DNA of 30,016 nucleotides, from positions 82,708 to 112,723 of the forward strand of contig CAJNOH010000403.1 of assembly GCA_905250005.1 (NCBI GenBank). Direction: 5' to 3'. This document shows, one piece after another, positions 20,976-30,016 of the stretch (positions within the stretch are counted from its first letter, which is position 1; every line of letters begins with the position of its first letter). The stretch comes from Rotaria sordida (lineage: Eukaryota). A program made the translations under genes and the position numbers. The notes beneath the pieces were generated by a model. That model saw only the letters and a list, made by a program, of their open reading frames with translations, searched no databases and was not told where the DNA came from.

Positions 20976-23462
20976 TTATTGGACCGTTTGTCCTGTTGTA
21001 TTTGCTGCCTCTTCAGCTTGTGCCATTTCTCCAGCTTCACCTGCTGTCTTTTCAGTACCCTATAAAAATTAAAAGTTTAAAAAAAAAGAAAAAACTTTCT
21101 ATTATGAAAAACTAACTGTAACAGTTTTTCGATCTCGTTTTCTTTTTTCTTCTTCAACGATTTTCCAAAAATCTTTTTCAGCTTTTTCAATAGGGTCAGC
21201 TTCTTTTAATTCTGCTTCAACAGTTCCACCATCAGTCGTTGTTTTTTCAGTTTTCTTTAACATATCAAAAACAAAAGCAATAAATAAACTAAACAATCAA
21301 AAAAAGTTTTTACCTCGCCATGTGCTGATTTTCCTCGAATATCTCGTCTTGCTCGACCTCGAGCTTCAAGAATTTTTGCACGTCGTGTTTCACGATCAAA
21401 CATCTAATTAATTCAATAAAACAAAACAAAAATGTTCTATATTCTAAAACACTTACTCCATTCACCAAAGCTTTTTCACTTTTTCCTTGTATACATAAAT
21501 TATCCGATACTTCAACTAATGTTACTGTACCATTTTGTGAACCACAAGCAACAAGGCGACCATGAGGTTCTTGCACACGTAAACAATAAAGTGCTTCATC
21601 AACAACTTGAATTGATAAAGTTGGTTCATTTTGTTTAAATAATATATCCCAAACATCCAATGTACCTATGTAAAAACCAAAGATAGATAAATATTTTTTT
21701 TTTCCTCATGATAAAATTATTTTTGTTACCATCCATTTTAGTTGTAAAAAATATAGAAGATCGTGTTGGTGACCATTGACCATCGGTAAGAGCATGCACA
21801 CTTGGTCTAGAAGAACCAAATAATAAGTCCTTATTTTTTCTTACTTTAATAAAAGAGGATGATATTACTTTGTCCACATAATACAATCATCTCGCATTTC
21901 TTCTGACCAAATACGTACAGTCCAATCGCCAACAGATAAAAAAGTTTTTAAAAAATTTGGATGACGTTGAAGTGCATAAACAGGACCCCAATGTCCTGGA
22001 AAAACATTACCAATTTTTTCAGCGTCATTTTTTCCTTTACGATTACATGATACAATTCGACCTTGTTCTGTTCCAACCATAAATTTTGTTGGCTATATAA
22101 TTAAAATTTTAATTAAAATTTCTTAATAAGTTCAACTTACAATTGTTGGTTCATATTCTAATGACATAGCACCAAGAGCATGTTCTAATCGACCTTTTTT
22201 TTCAATATCTAATATTAATGTGTCAACCGGTTCTGATAATTTTTTTGTATCCCACCAAAGAACCTAAATTAATAACTATCGATATAAGAAAATTATATCA
22301 AAGAATTTTTTTTTGTCACTTTGCCATCAGTCGAAGCAGAAAAGAATTCTGTGCCTGATTTTGATTGTAACCATACTGTTTTATAAGCTGGATCACGATG
22401 ACTATTTTCAATAAGTGATTGTTCAACAGCTGTACTACCCTTTCTTGTATCGAATATACCTATATAATAATATGTATTCAATAGAATCGATACGAGTATT
22501 AAACTTACAAACTTGACCATTATAACAACCTCCAACAAGTTGATGTGTATCTTTTGGATTAAATTCAATACAAACAAGTGGAGATATTGGTTTTAAACTA
22601 AGATCAGGTTTTGTTGGATTTGCTATTTTAAATTAGACAATGAATAAGAAAATTAATTTTAAACTATGTTTTATTTTTATTTACCAGTATCCCAGATGTA
22701 TGAATCTATAAATGAATCATTTGCACCGGATTGAAATTCAAGATTACAATAGGATACAGCTAATTTTCGTGCTCCATCAGCATACCATGAAATATGATTT
22801 GCTGCACGTCGAGCATTATGTGGATCACTAAAAATTTTGAAATTTTAATATGAAAATATATTTAACTTTTAATTTTACCGATAGATATTAACGGTTTTAG
22901 CATAAGGTGCTTCTTCAACAACGTCAGGCTCTAAATTTTGAAAATAATTTTCATAAATATCAACAGCATTATTTTGTTTGATTGTATGTTCAACTAACTA
23001 AATCAATATATTTATATTATCAATTAAAAATAAAACAAAGAAGTAAATATTTACTTGTCCAAGGGATAACATAGATCGAGTATAACCATCTTCTTTTTCT
23101 GTTTTCTTTCGAAAACGTGATGTTTGATCAGGTTCAAGTGAATTTATATCTTTTGGCCAACCACCTTCAACATGATTTATGCCTCGATTTTCTGTTTCAA
23201 ATCGAACTGTATTCACCTGTCGTTATCAATAGATTTATTTAAAAAAAAAATGAACGAAATTTAATTTCGAAATTTATACCCAATGTTCAGAGAATTCTCG
23301 CACGTTTTGTATGGCAAGTTCAACGGGATTACGAGAAATATATTCACGAGATAGTTCAAGATTGGGTGGAATATCAGCAATTAATTCGACAGGTCGATCT
23401 GTAAAAATGACTTGACGACCAAATTCTGATCGTTTCTTTGTGTAAACATATTGAATATCCAT
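20976..23462 (-). CDS. DNAI2: Axonemal dynein intermediate chain 2 (WD40-repeat outer-arm dynein IC); 13 exons, 601 aa
   Basis: Minus-strand exons in plus coordinates, 5' to 3' of the gene: 23280..23462 (ATG = rc of 23460..23462), 23055..23216, 22879..22997, 22685..22827, 22509..22622, 22320..22459, 22141..22263, 21869..22092, 21730..21806, 21457..21665, 21314..21403, 21117..21254, 20976..21059 (stop = rc of 20976..20978). Total 1806 nt, in frame. The protein reads [34 protein letters not shown].. / ..[35 protein letters not shown].. / ..[19 protein letters not shown].. / ..YIWDT.. / ..[47 protein letters not shown] / VLWWD.. / [64 protein letters not shown].. / ..IFFTTKMDG / [53 protein letters not shown].. 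/ [25 protein letters not shown].. / acidic tail. This is collinear block-for-block with my memory of human DNAI2. The last intron uses a weak donor (GTTAGT); the alternative is read-through to a stop at 21102. Confidence 0.85.
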
Positions 23463-24589
23463 TATTAATGTAAACTTGTTGAAAAAAAGTGATCAAACAA
23501 CGAAATGAAAATAATACCATCAACATCAATTTCGCATTTTAATCAACAGAGCAACCACCTCTTTACTTGTAACATTTTCAACAAGATGTCGTTGTAAAAC
23601 ATTTGATTAACAGTTCTTTTGTTTCATTAATCTGTCCCTTACATTTTGCGTCTTATAAACATGAAAATCATATTTTAAAAGGTTGCTATTTCTTTAGCAC
23701 GAATAGTGTTTATATCCAATACTTTTAAAGATCCATCTCTCATCACTCGAATTCAGTAGATATATTGTTATTTTCTGAATATAATCAACTGCTTTTGCTC
23801 GAAATTCATTTTAGTATTTGTTCTTGAAACCCTAAAAATTATTCGATGAAGCCATGACAAATGTCAATTTAGTAAGAACAAATAATTGTTCGGAATATTA
23901 ACTACATAAAAAATACAATCAGTAAATAAATCTATAAAATTAATTCCATAAATAACTATATTTTATTCTGCAGAGTATCCGATAAATAACCTACCAAAAA
24001 GAAAATCATTTATCTCCGCTGTATTTCGACCAATTGAGCTGATTTTTTACTGATGGTAGAGAAGATTACTAAGTTTTTATTCGCAAAGATAAAGTTTACA
24101 AATGATGCTGAAAACCATTACTAGTGACTTCAATACCGAAGTGAAACCTTTTCCGGTTTGGTAAAACAGTATACGACATTTTTTTATTCAGTTACCTCAT
24201 TTTTTTTCGAAATTTGCAATCTTAAATCATCAAGATCTTCAACTCTTACCTTACAAACACTTGTTCGGATTTTTTCTCATAAAAAGAAGTGTAACAGCAT
24301 AAAGCTTAATGACTGCGAAGACTATGAAATCATTCACATCTTGCAGGGTGTGGATGCGGGTGTGACTGAATATATGCTCCACATCCACACCCAATATATT
24401 TTCATTAATGCCACTATTTTTTATGTAGTCAATCTTTCGAGTGTTATAGTCAAAAGGTGATCAATGTGGGATTGTTGTTCTGGAACTCATTCTTAGTATA
24501 TGTACCAAGTGTTGACTTTTATTTCTTTTTGTTTGTTAATATGAAAAAGAAAGTTATGATTATTTGAAATAGCAAAAGTTCATCAGAGG

Positions 24590-24700
24590 TGATTTCAATT
24601 TTGATTTCGATTTGGCTCCGAACAATTTTTCCAGTAGATCCGACTTTCGATCCCGACTCTGTCGGAGTCGAAGTCAGAATCGGGTTTCTGAATTCCTCAC
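24590..24700 (-). repeat. Inverted related copy of the 9100..9340 repeat unit
   Basis: See above; it contains a small perfect hairpin gactctgtcggagtc. Confidence 0.4.
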
Positions 24701-27238
24701 AGGTCTCTATCAATAAGGTAGTATTTTTCTTTTTCGCTCTCTTTCTTTTGCAAACGAAAGAATAGCGATTACAAAAGATTCCTCAATGTATGTCATTTGG
24801 TGCAAAAGTTAATATCAGGTAATACATAGTCTACTATAGTTTTTCTTTTCACATTCTGAAATAAAATATATGTGTTCATTATTTTATATATCATCCTTTC
24901 AATTTTGTTTTGCATAATATTAATCTTGGATTTTTCTTATATTAGAGAATTGAGAAATAAATAGCATTGCTATGTCTTAACTAAATTCATGTATAGTCTG
25001 AAGTTATTAATAGTAATTTTTGTTGCAAATAAAATATGTTTACCTGGAAAAATATCCATATGGTGAATTAATTTAAATAAAGAACCAATATTTTTGATAA
25101 ATTTGAATGAAAATTATTGAATTTTTTGAGATCTTTGAGATCAAACTTATTTAATCTCAAGAAACTCAACTTTTCCCTCTTGGATAGACTTTTATAAAAT
25201 AAACTCAAGCTAATATACTTGTGATACAAGCTGATACTAGTCTTGAAATAGCCAAGAAGTTGTAAAGGATAGCTTTGGCGTACTCTTGAAGTACGAAATT
25301 TCCACTTTTTCTCCTCTTGAGAAAACCTTATCATCTATATGACAGAGCATCACGGGATTAAAAACCAACATGTTGAAAAACTCGCTAGATCGTTATAGAC
25401 ATATTGAAATCTCTGTCACAAGCTGTCAGTAAATTAAAAGAATATCAACATGTTTGTAAGAATTTTTAGAGCAAGCTGGAGAAGTATGGAATCAATTTTC
25501 GCATCATATAATTCAACATTCATTAACATTCATGTTTCACAAAAACATTATAATAGTGAAACAGAAGCCTTACGTAATTTCGGTAGTGATTCTGACGTAG
25601 GTATGACTAATCGAGAGATTAGTTTGGCTATTATAGACTGGGAAAAAATGAAAAATGACTCATGCTGGTCTATCGATCGATGCGATCCGAACTGGCCAGT
25701 TTAGATCGGTACCAGTATCGATAATGAAAAAACTCTATCGGTTATAACACTGGCAGCAACAATAACAAAAGCTCACTTACTACACGTTTCTTTGTCATAT
25801 GCACTTTATTGTGTTATTATTTTTCTCATTTATTCAAATATACTTGTTACTTATGTTTTTAAATCCATTCAATACATATGAAACAATATTATAATATTTG
25901 AAAAATTCATTATCAATCATAAATATATCTATGATAAACTTCGACTAATCAAGTTAGATTATTTCAAAAGAACTACAGTAGTTTTTTTTTTGCTTTAATA
26001 AATATTAATATTTTATCTCCTTCTGACATGATGCTATACATGATCATTATTCTATGCGATGTTTGCTTTCCAAAAAATTTTGACCAGAAAAATAACGAAA
26101 AACAAAGAATATTAGTGTATAGCTTACTAAAATCTCTATCGAATCTTTAGTCGAAGATCTCACAATCAAATGCTGTTAGAAGCATTTAGGAAAGTTGAAC
26201 CTTCATGGCATATTTCAAAACATCGATAGAAACCCTTTTTTTTCACCCTACGTATAATTTATGTCTACTATTTCTAGATGATTCATTTATGAATTTGTGG
26301 AAAATGCCTTACTCTTTCAAATGAGATTATTTCTAAACAGACAAACAAATTTGTTGGATCGTTTATTACTAAAATATAGTGTTATGAGTTGGGTGAAAAT
26401 ATAGTCTAGTAATCTGCATTGAAACTCATTGAATCGATTTCTAAATAAAGTAAATTTGGCATCAAAAGATTCGCCGTCTCATTGTGCATTGATATACATA
26501 TACAATTGTTTTGAAAACCTATAGATGAGCTGATTCATATTCTTATGTGTTCGCATGATTTTCAAAGGTGTGCTTTCTTTTATTTTCTTAATTTTTAGTC
26601 AATGAAAGAAAAGTCGAGATAATGACACTTCGTGCTTTTGTTTTCTCGTGACAGAAGGAAATTACTTTAATAAATGAAATGGAATACGTGAACAAACATA
26701 CAGCGTCTATTTTTCTTTTGAATATTATCAATAGTAATATGATTGACACATTGAACAATTAAGAAGGCTCGTACGAATTGTTTTTTCAACAATGAGTATA
26801 AATAGGTAATAAAGTATAAATTTGTTATTCCTTCATTGTTCATATTCCGTAGTTGAGTTTAAAAAATTCTGAATAAAATCCTGATTGGTTTGTATACAGC
26901 AAGCCAACTCTTGAGTAGATATGTATCTATTTCAACATTCACTTATTCAAATGTTAAGTACAAAAAATCTATGTTCTATGTTTACTGTGCAAAAGTTCAT
27001 TGCTTTTTATTATTACCGAAAATATAATTAAGCTTGAAAATTTGATAACAAAAGTATGCTTACATCCGTTATAAAAGTATTTAATTACTTTTTAATGTAG
27101 CACTTTTCTAAAGTGAAGTGTCAAGTCTGAAATTATATATCCGCCTACTTTGATTAAAAAATAAAAATAAAATTGCATTTGCACTGCTCTCTTGATTTTA
27201 TGTAGAACCAATTTCATTTTGTTGAATTAAAAAATAAA

Positions 27239-28230
27239 ATGACAATTGACTTCGAAGATTCATCATCAACACCAGAAAAGCTTGCTTTATTGGTATTTAT
27301 TGCTGCTATTGTAGTTGGAAATGTAAGTTTTATTTTCGAATAATAAATATGTATTTATATCAAATTTAGATTTGTGTATTTGTGACATATTTTATTCGTG
27401 CTAATGGGAAACATTGGTCAAATATATTTGTATTAGGTATGGCATTTATTGATTTATTTATCGGTGGTTTTGTTCTTCCTATGCGCTTTCTAAGCGCTTA
27501 TGGAAGTCCATTAACATCAAAATTATGTGCTGCTTTATCCATTGGTGAATCATGTGCATTGGCTGCTGTTATTTATGCTATTGGTTTTATGGTTTATACA
27601 CGTCTATATAATTTAAAACAAACATCAATAGATATTCGTCGTCGGTATCTTATAATGTTATTATTAATATCATGGATTGTTTTATTTCTTTTCTATGGTG
27701 TTCCATTTATGACGAACTATTCAAGTTACCTTTTAACAGTAACATCATCAACAACAAATATAACAACTTACTGTACAACATACACAACATCTATTTATCA
27801 TCCAACCTGGATGGCTTATACTGAAATTGCAATCATCTACTCATTGCCACTTTTATGTATTTTTACTGGTCTTATATTTCTTATACGTCATTTATGTAAA
27901 CCCAGACCACCTAGACTTGATAAAGTTCAACGTAAACAATATCGTGAACAAAAACAAATGACATGGCATATTGTTATTTTAAGTATAACATTTATTCTTC
28001 TGTGGTTACCTTGGATTACAATTCGAATACTGATTATATTTCACAATACAAAAGAAATTCAACGTGCTTTACAAATAACTTATTATATTCTTATATTAAA
28101 ATCTGTATTTTTTCCTATCTTATATGCTTCAACAAACGCATCATTTCGTGGCTCATTTGCTATTTATAGACATAAGCGAATAACAACTAATAATCGTGTA
28201 TGGACAATAAATGAACATTTCGGATATTAA
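27239..28230 (+). CDS. Rhodopsin-like (class A) orphan GPCR, 7 TM, 314 aa, two exons
   Basis: Exon 1 is 27239..27322 (MTIDFEDSSSTPEKLALLVFIAAIVVGN, donor GTAAGT at 27323). The intron is 47 nt and ends at the AG at 27368..27369. Exon 2 is 27370..28230 (stop TAA 28228..28230); the tool ORF 27382..28230 is its main part. Total 945 nt. Class-A hallmarks: TM1 GN, TM2 NIFVLGMAFIDLFIGGFVLP (N.F..SLA.ADL-like), Cys at TM3 top and in ECL2 (TNITTYCTTY), and TM6 FILLWLPW (CWxP-like). There are seven hydrophobic helices and a basic ICL3. DRY is replaced by YTRLY and NPxxY by FPILY. Confidence 0.75.
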
Positions 28231-28610
28231 ATATATATATATATGTATATATGTATATTTGTTTGTTTGTTCATATATAAATATATAAAGACAGAAAGAT
28301 TTAAAATTTTTGTTCATTACAAGTCTTAACTTATCCATACTCTCCTATACAATTCATTCCAATTAATGAAGAATCTACAGATATTGTTTCAGGTTCGAGT
28401 ATAGACGATGATGGTTCAGTACATGTTCGAGAATGAGAGGTTTAATCAGTATTATATGATGTTGTACATGTGAACTATTCTGTCCAATGTGAAAAACCAT
28501 CATTAACTGTAGCCTAAATATTTTTTTATCTCAGACTAAATTGATATGAATAAAATGTTACCAATACGTCGAGTAATAATAGCAACTAAATCATTATTAC
28601 CAGATGATAT

Positions 28611-29986
28611 TTATGATCGATCATATTTGCAATGATAAAAATTTTTTTCTATACCATCACATACAATAGCAGGGTAACATGTTGAATTCTTTAGAATTGG
28701 ATAAGGAATAGCTTAATATAGAAAATAGATAATAATAGAAATTTGATCATAATTTACTTACCCTATTATGCTGCACGAGTAAGACCAATAGATATACAAA
28801 CCTTGATGATAAAAAAAAAACTTTGTTGACTTTTCTTTCTTTTGACAACAGTTTATCTTACTAAATCAGCCATATATTTGACTGTCACACTACTATCTTA
28901 CGGAACACATAAAATATTATCTTCTTGTATGGCTAAATAACCTTTCATTGCATATTGGTCATGTAATGTTTCTTTGATTCCTAATAGAAAATAAATAAAT
29001 TTAAAAAAAAAATCTAATTTTAGTTATTAGTGAAAACCGTACCAACGACACTTTGATAATGAGCTCCACCACAAGCTCGTTGTTTCAAAGTATAATTTCC
29101 ATAATTTGAACCTGGTGGAATACATGAATGATTACATTGTTTTATACCAATATCACAAACTGTCGAACACGGTGTCCGTGATAACCATAATCCATATACT
29201 TAACAAAAATAATATTTCAAATCAGTTCTATTAGAAATAATGTCAAATCTATTTACTTGGATATGTTGTTATATTATATGATTTATTTCAATATCTTTAC
29301 CAATACTATTCTTACTTGAAATCTTTTGATTTTTATCATTTACTTATAACCATTCTCGTTTTCGAAATCGATAACCTTCACCGCATTTTACACTATATTT
29401 GGACCAATCATTAAAATCAGTCCATGTGCTAATTTCTATAAAACAATTGAAATGAAAAAGAAAACTGATTAAAAAGAAACAGGAACGAACCTGTCCTATC
29501 ACAATCGTCAGGTGTTAGTCCTCCATTTAAATATATACACATTGGTTTGTCGTCTCTAATATAAATAGCGTCAAGTTTACATTTAACAGTGTCACATACT
29601 TTTGGTTTCAATTGTTCTCGCTAGATTGATGAAGTAAACGAATTAGAAATAAATCATCAGTTTAAATACTGTACCAATTTAATCACATCATTATTAATTG
29701 TTTTAGTAGAACCCTCGAATAATGAACATAAATGAGTTTTGTTGTCAAATACATACCCAATACAACTATTTTTATCTTTAACACATTTAATAGGACATTA
29801 ATAATCATTGAATAATTCAAATTCATTATAGGAAATTGATATTAATAGACGATCCGATGGTATTCGTAATTTATGTAAAATTTCTTCATTAAATTTCATC
29901 CAATGTTCATTTTCATTAACAGCATTAATGATATTTGAGAGCAATAACAGGACTAGTATCATCGACAGTATGTTGAATGAAAACAT
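28611..29986 (-). CDS. Secreted cysteine-rich protein with a thrombospondin type-1-like repeat (multi-exon, minus strand; exon model incomplete and partly unresolved)
   Basis: ORF 29798..29986(-) starts with a classic signal peptide MFSFNILSMILVLLLLSNIINA|VNENEHW. Further minus-strand coding blocks are bounded by AG/GT. 29490..29619 reads REQLKPKVCDTVKCKLDAIYIRDDKPMCIYLNGGLTPDDCDRT. About 29351..29435 reads EISTWTDFNDWSKYSVKCGEGYRFRKREW (compare TSR W..W..W..CS.TCG.G...R.R). About 29043..29198 reads RTPCSTVCDIGIKQCNHSCIPPGSNYGNYTLKQRACGGAHYQSVV. 28902..28981 reads IKETLHDQYAMKGYLAIQEDNILCVP. About 28611..28689 reads NSTCYPAIVCDGIEKNFYHCKYDRS*. Phases between some blocks do not close with the splice sites I chose, so the exact structure is uncertain. 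The gene may also be truncated by the window edge. Confidence 0.4.
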
Positions 29987-30016
29987 GAACCAAAAATCTG
30001 TTCACTGAAATAGTTT

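Noticed and set aside
24340-24390. Perfect 11-bp stem hairpin gggtgtggatg...catccacaccc
   Set aside because: It is too short and isolated to call a miRNA precursor or terminator in a eukaryotic intergenic region without expression data.
25450-25704. 84-aa ORF (MFVRIFRASWRSMES...CDPNWPV) in the DNAI2-GPCR intergenic region, with GATC-rich small palindromes at its 3' end
   Set aside because: No recognisable domain, no splice partners, isolated. It is more likely a chance ORF or part of a repeat. Kept out of the feature list.
1-30016. Search for prokaryotic-style systems (CRISPR arrays, defence islands, operons with RBS)
   Set aside because: The sequence has spliceosomal introns, metazoan-specific genes (DNAI2, GALNT, MZT1, GPCR) and LINE/MITE repeats. 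It is eukaryotic, so those models do not apply.

Overview
This is eukaryotic (metazoan) nuclear DNA, very AT-rich at roughly 70% A+T, with spliceosomal introns of two kinds: many very short ones (45-70 bp, GT..AG) and a few multi-kb introns full of repeats. It is not prokaryotic, so there are no operons, CRISPR arrays or phage systems here. The composition, the tiny introns and the gene content are compatible with a flatworm-like invertebrate genome, but I cannot confirm the species from sequence alone.

I can reconstruct seven protein-coding genes by hand from the splice sites. Every reconstructed CDS has a total length divisible by 3.

- **TBC1D20-like Rab-GAP**, + strand, 192..4532, 8 exons.
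- **Long coiled-coil protein**, + strand, 4897..12758, 4 exons. It is probably a CCDC186/CCCP-1-type golgin.
- **MOZART1 (MZT1)**, + strand, 12962..13183, single exon.
- **Polypeptide GalNAc-transferase (GALNT)**, + strand, 14544..19684, 14 exons. A decayed antisense LINE endonuclease fragment sits in one of its introns.
- **Axonemal dynein intermediate chain 2 (DNAI2)**, - strand, 20976..23462, 13 exons.
- **Intron-containing rhodopsin-like orphan GPCR**, + strand, 27239..28230.
- **Secreted cysteine-rich protein with a thrombospondin-type-1-like repeat**, - strand, at the 3' edge of the window. Its exon model is only partly resolved.

The non-coding part is dominated by a striking number of foldback/palindromic (MITE-like) elements. 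The largest is a ~550 bp near-perfect hairpin at 7336..7881.

I found no RNA genes (tRNA/rRNA) that I can support. There is no undescribed multi-gene 'system' in the prokaryotic sense. The most interesting signals are:

- the foldback-element family;
- a possible trans-splicing/polycistron arrangement of MZT1 directly behind the coiled-coil gene;
- a GC-rich in-frame cassette-like segment inside the GALNT lectin domain;
- an orphan GPCR with non-canonical DRY/NPxxY motifs.
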